From a virus (taxonomy: Duplodnaviria; Caudoviricetes), in IMG/VR virus record IMGVR_UViG_3300010358_000062, positions 1 through 24,608 of that record: a stretch of 24,608 bases of DNA; one strand, given 5' to 3'. This document shows, in pieces, positions 1 through 9,237 of the stretch (position 1 is the stretch's first letter; every line of letters starts with the position of its first letter). A program made the position numbers and the translations under genes. The notes beneath the pieces are model-generated. The model was not told the DNA's origin. It saw only the letters and a list, made by a program, of their open reading frames with translations, and did not search any database.

Positions 1-2
1 CG

Positions 3-209
3 GCGGCTGGGGCGACGCTGATGGCGGGGCAGAAGATGCCGGTCGTGACCCAGGACGCCTCGGTCGGCTCGCCGCTGCTCAAAACCCGCTACGCGAACCG
101 GATTGACCAGTACAGCATGAAATTCGGGAAGGGGCACCGGACGTTCCTGCTCGTGCAGGGACGCCGCCCGCTCACGCGCACCGCCAAGCGAGCCCGGAGG
201 CCCCTCTGA
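3..209 (+). CDS. Hypothetical protein with basic C-terminus, possibly 5'-truncated
   Basis: Frame open from base 3 to TGA 207-209 with GC-rich third positions; ends QGRRPLTRTAKRARRPL. An ATG at 21 is an alternative start. Confidence 0.55.
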   Translation, partial: AAGATLMAGQKMPVVTQDASVGSPLLKTRYANRIDQYSMKFGKGHRTFLLVQGRRPLTRTAKRARRPL

Positions 210-232
210 GCCGGGGCCAGCCGCTCTGCAAG

Positions 233-2956
233 GTGTGTCTCGTGCTCGAGCGCGAGGTGGCGTACCTCCGCAAGCTGGTCGATCAGCTCATGGCGCACCA
301 GGGGAGTCGTTCGGCTGGGCCAACGGCACCGCCCCCGGTGTTACCCTCCCCGTCGGGCGGCTCCCCGCCGCCGGGGCTCGAGAAGCCGTTTCAGATCACG
401 GGCGAGGACGGGCAGGAGTACGTCATCACGCCCGATGGGACGCTCGACACGAAGCAGAATTACGACCGGGCGATGACGATGCTGGATCGCCAGCTCGCAG
501 GGAAGGCGAGCTACGATCTCGAGACGAGGGAGGAGGCTACTGCGCCGGGGGGGTGGCCGCGAAGGACCTGGGGCATGAGGGGGGGACGGGGACGGACAGG
601 GACCCCGCCCGCGACGACACCGAGCCAGCTCCCCGGCGTGCAGTCGGAAGCCCGACCGCAGAAGCCGGGCTACGTGCCGTCCGACGAGGAGAAGGCGCTG
701 ATTACCCGGGTCGAGCAGCGCATCTCGCTGATGTCCCGGGAAGGGGCCCGCTGGGCGCAGGAGCGGGCCATGTTCGAGAACGTCTGCATGTACGCCGGGG
801 TGCAGTGGATCGAATACACCGAGGCGACGCGCCGCTTCTCGCGCTGGACGGCGCCGAGCTGGTTCCCGACCCCGGTGCAGAACGAGATCGCCCCCCGCGT
901 CACCTCGATGGTGGCCCGGATGCTGCGTTCCCAGCCCCAGGCCCGTGTCAGACCGTCCACCAATGAGCCTGGGGACCGCGAGGGGGCCCGCATTGCCGAG
1001 CAGATGATGGAGCACATCGATGCCGTCTGCCGCGAGGACGAGCAGCGCTTTAAAGCGGCGCTCGTCGGCTCGCTGATGGGGACGGTGATCGCGAAGGACT
1101 ACTGGAACCCGCGCGCCGGGCCGATCCTGGCGATGCCGCAGATGACCCCGCCGGGCTCCCAGCAGGCGACCGAGCCCGCCGCCGTCTGCCCGCAGTGCAG
1201 CTACACGGGGGAGTTTACCGAGGTGGGCCAATTCTGCCCGCAGTGCTCCCAGACGCTCACCACGGGCAGCCGCCCGGCGACCTTCGCCGACGGGCGCCCG
1301 AAGATGACGCTCACCGGGGGCGAGCCCGTGATGGGCGCCGACGGGCAGCCGCAGGTGGACACCTTCCCGCAGGGCGAGCTGGAGACCGAGATCCGGATGC
1401 CCTTCAACTTTCACTGGGATCCGAAGGCGACGGATCTCCGGAAGGCTCGCTGGGCGGGCGAGTGCTGCTACGCCGATCTCGACTGGATCGATGAGAATTT
1501 CCCCGACAAGGGGCCATTCGTCGGCGAGGAGTCGGGCGTCGATGCGGCCAATTTCTACGAGTCGTCGCTGCTGGCCCTGATCGGCCCGTCCGTGCAGGGC
1601 ACCGCGCACTACGGGGGCTCGGGGCTCTACCGCGGCGGCGCCGTCTATCGTGAGTATCAGGAGAAGCCGTCGCAAAAGTACCCGAAGGGGCTGCACCTCT
1701 GTGTCGCCGGGGGCGTCCTGCTCTACCGCGGCGAGCTGCCGATCACCGATGCGCGCGGGAACCCGACCGGCGATCTCTCGTGGACCGAATGGCGTTATGA
1801 CGAGGTGCCCGGACGCTTCACCGGACGCACGCCCGTCGATGACATGGTGCCGCTCCAGCGCCAGGTGAACGGCACCATGGCGCAGATCATCCTGAACCGG
1901 AAGACGCTGCTGAACCCCTGGGTGCTCGCCCCGAAAGGATCGGGACTGGCCCCCGGGCAAGTGGCGATGCGGCCCGGGGCCACCGTGCTCTACAACTTTG
2001 TCGGGGTCGGGGCGACGCCGCAAGTCGTACAGGGCCAGCCACTCCCAGCACAGATCCAGCAGGAGCGGGACGGAGCGGTCGCGGCGATGGACCGGCAATC
2101 ACAAGACCTCCGCGCCTCGCCCGATGCGCTGCCGCAGGGGACCCGCTCGGGCGTGGCGTTCAACTTTCTCCGCGAGCAGGGGGACGAAGCGTCGGTGCCC
2201 CGCCTGCAACGGTGGGGCCAGTGGATTGCCGAGCGCGGACGGAAGCGGCTGCTCCTCGCTGCCACGCACTATCGCGAGCCGCGCGCCGTCAAGATAGCTG
2301 GCGCGGGGTCCGACTGGCAAGTCCGCTACTGGCTCGGGGCCGATCTCCAGAACCAGACCGATGTCGCGGTCGATCCGGGCACGCTCGTCCCGCGCTCGCA
2401 GGCGGCGAAGACGCAGCTCATGCTCGACGCGATGGACGCCAAGGTCATCGACGTGATGGACCCGAAGCAGCGCCAGCAGGTGCTCGAGCAGCTCGGGCTC
2501 CAGGAGTTTGAGACGGCGCTCGGGCCGGACATGCGCCGCGCCCACAAGGAGAACGCCCGCTTCGACTCCGGCGAGTCGATGCCCTACGTGAACGACACCG
2601 ACGATCACGCCATCCACCTCGCCGAGCACGAGCTGGCGATGAAGGACCCGGCGTTCGACTCGAAACCGCCCGAGGTGCAGGCGGCTTACGAGGCGCACCG
2701 CGACGCGCACAAGCAGGCGATGGCCGAGCAGGGGCTTATGCTCACCCCGAAGATGCAGCCCGAGCCCGGCTCGCCGCTCGATCCGGTCGTGCAGCAGGCG
2801 CAGCAGGTCGCGCAGGCGATGCAGCCGCCTCCGCCGCCCCCGCCGCCGGGCATGGAAGGCGCTCCCGGCGCCGAGCCGGGCGCAGAAAGTATGAATGGCG
2901 GCGCTCCCCCCGTTGCAGGACCGGGGCCAGAAGGAGTACAACCCCCGCCAGCGTAG
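233..2956 (+). CDS. Portal protein (P22-like podovirus type); start uncertain and first ~115 aa may be a separate gene
   Basis: 907 aa ORF directly upstream of scaffold and capsid. Portal-like segments: NEIAPRVTSMVARMLRSQPQARVRPSTNEPGDREGARIAEQ, PGRFTGRTPVDDMVPLQRQVN, GTRSGVAFNFLREQ; Gln/Pro-rich disordered C-terminus. Confidence 0.88.
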   Translation: MCLVLEREVAYLRKLVDQLMAHQGSRSAGPTAPPPVLPSPSGGSPPPGLEKPFQITGEDGQEYVITPDGTLDTKQNYDRAMTMLDRQLAGKASYDLETREEATAPGGWPRRTWGMRGGRGRTGTPPATTPSQLPGVQSEARPQKPGYVPSDEEKALITRVEQRISLMSREGARWAQERAMFENVCMYAGVQWIEYTEATRRFSRWTAPSWFPTPVQNEIAPRVTSMVARMLRSQPQARVRPSTNEPGDREGARIAEQMMEHIDAVCREDEQRFKAALVGSLMGTVIAKDYWNPRAGPILAMPQMTPPGSQQATEPAAVCPQCSYTGEFTEVGQFCPQCSQTLTTGSRPATFADGRPKMTLTGGEPVMGADGQPQVDTFPQGELETEIRMPFNFHWDPKATDLRKARWAGECCYADLDWIDENFPDKGPFVGEESGVDAANFYESSLLALIGPSVQGTAHYGGSGLYRGGAVYREYQEKPSQKYPKGLHLCVAGGVLLYRGELPITDARGNPTGDLSWTEWRYDEVPGRFTGRTPVDDMVPLQRQVNGTMAQIILNRKTLLNPWVLAPKGSGLAPGQVAMRPGATVLYNFVGVGATPQVVQGQPLPAQIQQERDGAVAAMDRQSQDLRASPDALPQGTRSGVAFNFLREQGDEASVPRLQRWGQWIAERGRKRLLLAATHYREPRAVKIAGAGSDWQVRYWLGADLQNQTDVAVDPGTLVPRSQAAKTQLMLDAMDAKVIDVMDPKQRQQVLEQLGLQEFETALGPDMRRAHKENARFDSGESMPYVNDTDDHAIHLAEHELAMKDPAFDSKPPEVQAAYEAHRDAHKQAMAEQGLMLTPKMQPEPGSPLDPVVQQAQQVAQAMQPPPPPPPPGMEGAPGAEPGAESMNGGAPPVAGPGPEGVQPPPA

Positions 2957-3089
2957 AATTACGATCCGGTTCCGGCCCGGTGAAGCCGAGTGGGAGCCGA
3001 CCCCCCGAGTGGTCGCGTGGCGAGACTGACCGCAGCCGATCGCGGTCGGGAGTGGAGCAACAGAGCGCGCGAAGCAGGGAGGGTCACCC
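2957..3089 (+). promoter_or_regulatory. Structured intergenic leader upstream of scaffold gene
   Basis: 133 nt non-coding gap with stems GACCGC/GCGGTC (3028-3047) and CGACC/GGTCG (2998-3015), three GAGTGG copies and a GGGAGG RBS. A -10-like TAGAAT overlaps the portal stop at 2954-2959, with no clear -35. Confidence 0.4.
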
Positions 3090-4073
3090 GTGGCGGACGG
3101 TGCAGTCGCTTCTTCAGGGGCGACCGAGGGCGCAGGGAATGCCCCGAGCGGGGCAACCGAGAGCACAGCGGCACCTGCACTGCCAGCTAGCGGGGCGGGG
3201 ACAGAGCAAGCGGGTGGAGTGCCGCCTTCAGGCGGTCCATCCGATAGCGGTCCACCTGAATCGGGGGGATCGCCTCCGGCAGAAGGCGAAGACCCTGCAA
3301 AAGCGCGGCCAGGACCCGGCTGGGTCCCCTGGGCCGAGCACCGGCAGCTCAAATCGGAGATGGCTCGGATGCGCCGGGAAGCGGCGCACGCGACCAGTCT
3401 CCACGCGCAGCAGATCGAAGCGCTCAAAGGCGAGCGCCAAGGGGTAGCTGCCGATCTCGAACGCAAGGCCCGGGATTACGAAACGCTCCAGGCAGCACTC
3501 ATGGAGCACGGCGACATCGCCGACCAGCTCTATGACCGGCTCGGGATGCCCGCAGACCGCCGCCCCGGTGCGCGGGGCCGGTTGGACATCCCGCCGGAGA
3601 TCGCCGAGAAGCTCGCGAAGCTCGACCGCATCGACGCCGCCATTGCGAAGGTCGAGGAGCGGGAGCAGGAGACGCAGAAGCAGATCCGTCTCCAGAACAC
3701 CGAGCGTGAGCTGGACGGGGGGATCTCGAAGATCCTCACCGACCGGCGCTATCGGCACGTCGATCGGCTGCTGCCACTCTGCAAAGACTACGTTCTCGAG
3801 CGCGTCCGCGAGATGGGGGACGCGACGATGGAGGACGTGCCGCACCTTCTGGCGGAGTATCTCCTGCCCTGGGAACAGGAGTTTCAAGCCCGCCTGGAAG
3901 GTTATCGCCAGGGCAAGACGGACGATCTGCGTCTCCCCGCCTCCGCAGGCGGCGGCACGCAGACCCCGCTCGGGCAGCAGCCCAAAGCGGGGGCGAACGA
4001 TGACGCGACCTCGCGCATCGCCGAGGAGCTGCTCACGTCGCGCCTGGGCTGGGGGAATGGCGCACCGGGATAG
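3090..4073 (+). CDS. Capsid scaffolding protein
   Basis: Lies between portal and capsid; GTG start with RBS; disordered Gly/Ser/Pro/Glu N-terminus, then a VPWAEH motif and long charged coiled-coil-like helices typical of scaffolds. Confidence 0.78.
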   Translation: MADGAVASSGATEGAGNAPSGATESTAAPALPASGAGTEQAGGVPPSGGPSDSGPPESGGSPPAEGEDPAKARPGPGWVPWAEHRQLKSEMARMRREAAHATSLHAQQIEALKGERQGVAADLERKARDYETLQAALMEHGDIADQLYDRLGMPADRRPGARGRLDIPPEIAEKLAKLDRIDAAIAKVEEREQETQKQIRLQNTERELDGGISKILTDRRYRHVDRLLPLCKDYVLERVREMGDATMEDVPHLLAEYLLPWEQEFQARLEGYRQGKTDDLRLPASAGGGTQTPLGQQPKAGANDDATSRIAEELLTSRLGWGNGAPG

Positions 4074-4125
4074 GCTCGTCGGGGACGCGGGGTCCTAACC
4101 GGCAGACGCCGGGGGGAGGACGCCC

Positions 4126-5430
4126 ATGGCGGTCCCAGCAATTCGCGACAACATCTCCGAGCTATCGACCATCTTGAAGACGGTCTATGGCCCCGGAGTG
4201 GAGCAGCAGCAGAACCTTGCGGCCATGCTCTACAAGCGCTTCGCCACGAGCCAGGTGCGGTTCGGCGGCAACGCCTACGAGTTTCCCGCCCGCATGGTGA
4301 ACACGCAGTCGGTCGGTGCCCGCGGCTACCGGGTCGGGCTCCCGCAGCCGATCATGAACGTGGACGTGACCGCCCGGGTCCGCCACAAGTTCATCTACGG
4401 CACCTTTGACATCGCGGGCCCCGACATCGAGAAGGGGAAGGGCAACGTCAACGCCTTCGTGAACACGCTGACCGACAAGATGCGGTCGCTCACGGAGATG
4501 ATGCTGAAGGACCTGAACATGCAGACCTACCTGGACGGCTCGGGCGTCCGGGCAGCCTTCAGCTCGGCGGTGACCGCCGGAGTCGGCACGGTCACCTCCA
4601 CCAAGTACCTCCGCGCCGGGATGCAGGTGAACGTGATCTCCGGCACGGACGGCACGACCATCCGGGGCGGCAACGGCGACTCCGACCCGGGCGACGGGGC
4701 AGGCACTCCCTACGCCGCGAAGCGCTACACCATCATGGCGATTGACGCCTCCACCGGGAACATCACCCTCGGGGCGGGCTCGCCGCTCGCCGCGGTGACC
4801 CCGACCGGCGCCGTCTCCGGCGACACCATCGTCCGCCACAAGGCCATGGGCTCGGAGTTTCTCGGGCTCGGCGCCATCGTGGACGACGGGGTGAACAACC
4901 CCGCCGCGCTCGTCTTCCAGGACATCAACCGGACCCAGAACCCGCTCTGGAAGGCCAAGGTGCTGGCGAACAGCGGCACCCCGCGGGCGCTCGCCCTGCC
5001 GCTCATGCAGCAGGGGCAGGACGTGCCCGAGATCCAGTCGGGTCGCCGGACCAATCTCATGGTCGGCAGCTACGGGGGCCGCGACCAGTACCTCCGGCTG
5101 CTCGTCCCGAACAAGCGCTTCGTGGACCTGAAGCTCGACGGCGGCTTCCAGGTGCTCGAGTATAACGGGCGCGAGTTTCTGGTGGACGTGGACTGCCCGG
5201 AGAACACGATCTTCAACCTGGTCCGGGAGTCGATCCAGCGCTTCGGGCTGTTCGATCTCCAATTCGTGGAGCAGACCGGCGGGATCCTGAAGCACGACTC
5301 GCTGGCCGCGGGCGATGTCTTCTACGGCTTCATGCGGATCATCGCCAACATGGGCGCGCTCCAGTCGAACGCGAACAGCAAGATCTCGGACATCACCATC
5401 GACGCGGCGTACAACACGATCCCGTACTGA
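4126..5430 (+). CDS. Major capsid protein (HK97 fold, podovirus type)
   Basis: 434 aa with strong GGAGG RBS and highly biased codons. Motifs ILKTVYGP, AFVNTLTDKMRSLTEMMLKDLNMQTYLDGSG, GLGAIVDD, INRTQNPLWKA and LDGGFQVLEYNG..VDVDCP match the pattern of podovirus capsid proteins. Confidence 0.92.
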   Translation: MAVPAIRDNISELSTILKTVYGPGVEQQQNLAAMLYKRFATSQVRFGGNAYEFPARMVNTQSVGARGYRVGLPQPIMNVDVTARVRHKFIYGTFDIAGPDIEKGKGNVNAFVNTLTDKMRSLTEMMLKDLNMQTYLDGSGVRAAFSSAVTAGVGTVTSTKYLRAGMQVNVISGTDGTTIRGGNGDSDPGDGAGTPYAAKRYTIMAIDASTGNITLGAGSPLAAVTPTGAVSGDTIVRHKAMGSEFLGLGAIVDDGVNNPAALVFQDINRTQNPLWKAKVLANSGTPRALALPLMQQGQDVPEIQSGRRTNLMVGSYGGRDQYLRLLVPNKRFVDLKLDGGFQVLEYNGREFLVDVDCPENTIFNLVRESIQRFGLFDLQFVEQTGGILKHDSLAAGDVFYGFMRIIANMGALQSNANSKISDITIDAAYNTIPY

Positions 5431-5439
5431 GGCGTCTCC

Positions 5440-5637
5440 ATGGAGATGACCAACTACCTCGTCTATGGCGAGGGCCGGTACAAGCTCGGCAGCGGGAACC
5501 CGATCTACGAGGACAAGGGGGCGGCTGTGACCGCCCCGGTTCCCATGAAGGTCGTCGGGCTCGTCAACCAAGTCCTGCCGGACGGCACGGTAGTGCTGGT
5601 GCGGACGTTTCTAACCCCGGTGCCGACCACCGGGTAG
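5440..5637 (+). CDS. Small hypothetical protein, possible capsid decoration protein
   Basis: 65 aa, beta-rich composition, immediately after the capsid gene; GAGG RBS overlaps the upstream stop. Confidence 0.65.
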   Translation: MEMTNYLVYGEGRYKLGSGNPIYEDKGAAVTAPVPMKVVGLVNQVLPDGTVVLVRTFLTPVPTTG

Positions 5638-5646
5638 GAGGGACCC

Positions 5647-5949
5647 ATGGCCGAGGAGACCGCCCCGGCGGCAGCAGCGCCGCCCGAGCAACAGGATCGT
5701 GACGCCGCCGCGCAGGCGGCGCTGAAGATCGTGAACGCCCCCGCGGAGAAGAAGCCGACGGTGCCAGAGCTGCTCCGGACGTACCGCGAGCTGTTCCACG
5801 AGAAGGGCATGGACCCGCTCTGGACGGCGCTCGATGACGCCTCGGGCAACGAGGCATCGAAGCCGGTGGAGGAGCCGAAGCCGAACGGCGAGAAGGCAGC
5901 CGCGGCGCCTGCCGCCGCCAAGCACTCGAGCAAGGGGCTCCAGGTCTAG
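5647..5949 (+). CDS. Hypothetical protein (Ala/Pro/Glu/Lys-rich)
   Basis: 100 aa with AGGAGG RBS and coding-like codon bias. Confidence 0.7.
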   Translation: MAEETAPAAAAPPEQQDRDAAAQAALKIVNAPAEKKPTVPELLRTYRELFHEKGMDPLWTALDDASGNEASKPVEEPKPNGEKAAAAPAAAKHSSKGLQV

Positions 5950-5967
5950 CCGACCGAGGGGGGGGAC

Positions 5968-8900
5968 GTGGGTAACGGCAACGGCACGCTCCAGGATCTC
6001 CCGAATCCGGATCAGCCGCCCACGTTCCCGCCGGTCGGGGGCCGCACGCTCGACCAGTACCTCGCCGTCTACGAGAGCACGTTCAGCGAGGTGGGGCTCC
6101 GCGCACACTGGTACGAGCTGCAAGGGATCGCCGCCGCCGGAGGTGCGAGCGCCCCGGGGCCGGTCTCGATCACGCAGGCGATGCTCCAGAAGCCCTGCGT
6201 GGGGACCCCCGAGCTGTACGACAACGCCGTCGGCACGGCGAAGCTCGCCGATGCCGCGGTGACCGACGCGAAGATCGTCTCGCTCGCCTACGCGAAGCTG
6301 ACCGGGGCCCCGACCACCTTCCCGCCGTCCGGCCCGGCAGGCGGCGATCTCATGGGGAGCTACCCGAACCCCCTGATTGGCCCGAACGCCGTCGGGGACC
6401 CGGAGATCTCGTCCGTCAACGGGTTCAAGATCCTGGACGGGACGCTCCCCATCGCGAAGCTCACCGCCACCGACATTAAACGGATCCCACCGCTGCCGAG
6501 CTTGCCCACCGACTATGGGCGGGTGCTCACGGTCGATCCGGGGACCGGGCTGCTGGTCTGGCTGCCCCCGACGGGTGGCGGGACCAGTGGCTCGCCGTCC
6601 GGGCCCGCAGGCGGGGATCTGGTCGGGTTCTACCCGAACCCCGCGGTGGGTCCCGGGACGATCACCCGGGCGAAGACGGCGAGCGATCTCTGGCTGCCGC
6701 CGGTTCCGACACAGGCCGATGCGGGCAAGGTGCTCACCGTGGCGACGGGCCCGACGCTCGTCTGGGCGACGGGCGGCGCAGGCGGCGGGCTCTGGAATGA
6801 CGATGCCGTTGACGATTTCCTGAAGCCGACGGATTTCTTCAACCGGGGGATCCTGCTCGCGAGTGGCCGGAGCCTCCAGTGGGCGGATCCGAGCACGGGG
6901 GCCGTCGGGCGCCAGACGGGCATCGAGGCGGACGACAACTCGCTGCGGCTCTTTACCGGCGCGCAAGGGCTGCTTATCTTCGCGCACGACCAGAGCCAGG
7001 GCTACGTGCATTTGAGCGAGCCCGCCGGGATGTTCACCATCGGCCCGAATTGGGTCTGGAACGCGCAGACCGAGCGGCTTGAGGTAGAGGGCGGCATCAA
7101 GCTGAGTGTCGCGCTCGGCTCCGCCGCCGGGACGATCCAGTACACCGGGGGCCGCTTCCAGGGGAACAACGGCGCCTGGATCCCGCTCGATGCCTGGGCG
7201 GACAGCGGCACGGTGCTCTCGCCGCGGGACACGACCCGCCAGCTCGCCATCGTCGGCACGACGGGCATGCCGGGCAACGCGACGATCACGCTCGGCTCCG
7301 CCGCCGCGAAGGGGCGGATCGTGCAGCCCCTCGGGAGCCCGGGGCTGATCGCGCTCCAGGCCAACTTGCTCCCGAACAACACCCCGGACGATCTCTCGCG
7401 CGCCTCCTGGCAGCTTCAGCTCGACCCGAACATCCCGGTGTCGCAGGACCGGATGACGGTCACCCGGTACGCGCCGAGCGGGACGCCTGCCAGCGTGCTC
7501 CTCACGCTCGACAACGCCGGGCGGCTCACCGTCCCGGGCTCCATGGCCTTCGGCGCCGCCGCCGCGACGCCGCCCGACGGCACGGTGCAGTGGGATGGGA
7601 GCCATTTCCAGGGGCGCATGGCCGGAGCCTGGGTGCAGCTCGACAACGCAGCGGCGACCAGCTCGGACGGCTCGCTTGCGGGCGGGCAGACGCTCTACAC
7701 GGGCGACGCGCTGCTCACGACGGCGAACCAGGACTCGCTCATCAACGCGAACGCCGGGAACGTGCAGCTCACGCTGCCGCCGTTCTCGACCGCGCTGGCC
7801 GGGAAGACCTACCGGATCACCCGCGTCGATCTGAACCCCGCCTACCAGGCGACGATCATGCCGAGCGGGGCCAATTTCATCGACGGCGTGAACGCCTTTA
7901 TCACGCTCGCCCCGAACGAGTCGGTGACGCTGATGGCGGCGGGCACCGTCGCGAACAACCAGCAGTGGCTCCGGCTCGCCGATCCCACCTGGCGGACGAT
8001 CCAAGCCGGGAACGTGCTCACCCCGCGGGACGGGAACAAGGTGCTCGTCTCCCAGGCTGCCGGGACGGCGCTCCAGGTGGGGGCGCGCACGAGCAAGGGG
8101 CGGCTCTCGACGGGGCTGCCCGCCGATCCCTACGATCAGCTCACGCTCTCGCTGAACGCGGGCCCTTATCCGTCCACGATGACGGACAACACCGTGGCCG
8201 GATCATGGGTGCTGCGGTTCCGGGCGGGCTCGACGGACAGCGCGGTGATCGAACGGGCCGCGCCGACCTCGGGGGCGCCGGTCTGGGCGACGCTCCTGGC
8301 GCTCGATCCGACGGGGCAGCTCTCGCTCTTTGGCAGCGGGGGCAACAACGTCCAGTGGGGCCAGTACCTCGCGAAGGGGCGGCTCACCTCGGGGATCAAT
8401 GGCTACATCGACCTCTCGGTGAACCGCACGGCGACGAACACGCAGGACGATACGAGCAAGCCCTCCTGGTTCATCGCGCTCGATGTCACCTCGTCCGCCG
8501 ACCACATCCAGATCAACCGCTGTGCGCCGGGGGACACCTCGACCCAGCTCATTGCCTTCCTGCTCGACAAGGTGGGGAACCTCACGGTGCCCGGGCTCCT
8601 GAGCTGGGCGAAGAACACCACCACGCAGTCGGACGGCGCGAACTACACCGATCTGTGGGCGAACGCGAGCGGCGCGAACGGCTACGTGAGCAGCCGCTCC
8701 ACCCTGGGGTTCCGCTTCGACTACGCCGGGCAGTCGTTCAACTGGTACCGCTACGCGCCGAACGCCGGGCCGCTGAACACCCCGATGGTGCTGGACGCCG
8801 TGGGCGGGAACCTCACGCTCGGCGGCAAGCTGAACGCTCCGGCGCTGGTCGGGGCCCGCAATTCCGCGGGGCAGTCGGGGGGGTCCTGGTCCACCTATAA

Positions 8901-9237
8901 CGCCCCCTTCAACATCATGTCGCAGACGATCACCACGAAGGGTGGGCTCGTCATCGTCTGCGTGAATCACAACCTCTCGTACACGCAGCTCGGGTCCACC
9001 GGGAACACGCTGGTCGATATGTGGATCATGCGGGACGGGGCGTCGATCCTCGAGTGCCCGCGCCAGTGCGGCGGGTCCGTGGTGATGGCGCTCCCGTCGC
9101 TGATCGCCGTGGATAACCCTCCGGCGGGGCTGCACACCTACACGCTCCAGGGGTGGATCAGCTCCGGGACGAGCGGGATCGTCTCCGGGACGGGCAGCAA
9201 CTCTGGGTACATCCACATGCAGGAGATCGGGGCATGA
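5968..9237 (+). CDS. Fibre protein 1 (tail or head fibre / receptor-binding protein)
   Basis: 1089 aa, Gly/Thr/Ala-rich. Contains AVGTAKLADAAVTDAKI shaft repeats, two GPAGGDLxGxYPNP motifs, a TLP..G..IDG..TL fibre domain (~7700-7970), four degenerate beta repeats and a C-terminal tip domain. Confidence 0.85.
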   Translation: MGNGNGTLQDLPNPDQPPTFPPVGGRTLDQYLAVYESTFSEVGLRAHWYELQGIAAAGGASAPGPVSITQAMLQKPCVGTPELYDNAVGTAKLADAAVTDAKIVSLAYAKLTGAPTTFPPSGPAGGDLMGSYPNPLIGPNAVGDPEISSVNGFKILDGTLPIAKLTATDIKRIPPLPSLPTDYGRVLTVDPGTGLLVWLPPTGGGTSGSPSGPAGGDLVGFYPNPAVGPGTITRAKTASDLWLPPVPTQADAGKVLTVATGPTLVWATGGAGGGLWNDDAVDDFLKPTDFFNRGILLASGRSLQWADPSTGAVGRQTGIEADDNSLRLFTGAQGLLIFAHDQSQGYVHLSEPAGMFTIGPNWVWNAQTERLEVEGGIKLSVALGSAAGTIQYTGGRFQGNNGAWIPLDAWADSGTVLSPRDTTRQLAIVGTTGMPGNATITLGSAAAKGRIVQPLGSPGLIALQANLLPNNTPDDLSRASWQLQLDPNIPVSQDRMTVTRYAPSGTPASVLLTLDNAGRLTVPGSMAFGAAAATPPDGTVQWDGSHFQGRMAGAWVQLDNAAATSSDGSLAGGQTLYTGDALLTTANQDSLINANAGNVQLTLPPFSTALAGKTYRITRVDLNPAYQATIMPSGANFIDGVNAFITLAPNESVTLMAAGTVANNQQWLRLADPTWRTIQAGNVLTPRDGNKVLVSQAAGTALQVGARTSKGRLSTGLPADPYDQLTLSLNAGPYPSTMTDNTVAGSWVLRFRAGSTDSAVIERAAPTSGAPVWATLLALDPTGQLSLFGSGGNNVQWGQYLAKGRLTSGINGYIDLSVNRTATNTQDDTSKPSWFIALDVTSSADHIQINRCAPGDTSTQLIAFLLDKVGNLTVPGLLSWAKNTTTQSDGANYTDLWANASGANGYVSSRSTLGFRFDYAGQSFNWYRYAPNAGPLNTPMVLDAVGGNLTLGGKLNAPALVGARNSAGQSGGSWSTYNAPFNIMSQTITTKGGLVIVCVNHNLSYTQLGSTGNTLVDMWIMRDGASILECPRQCGGSVVMALPSLIAVDNPPAGLHTYTLQGWISSGTSGIVSGTGSNSGYIHMQEIGA

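Noticed and set aside
3-209. Terminase large subunit C-terminus, expected before the portal
   Set aside because: No nuclease-domain motif is recognisable in any frame; position alone is insufficient.
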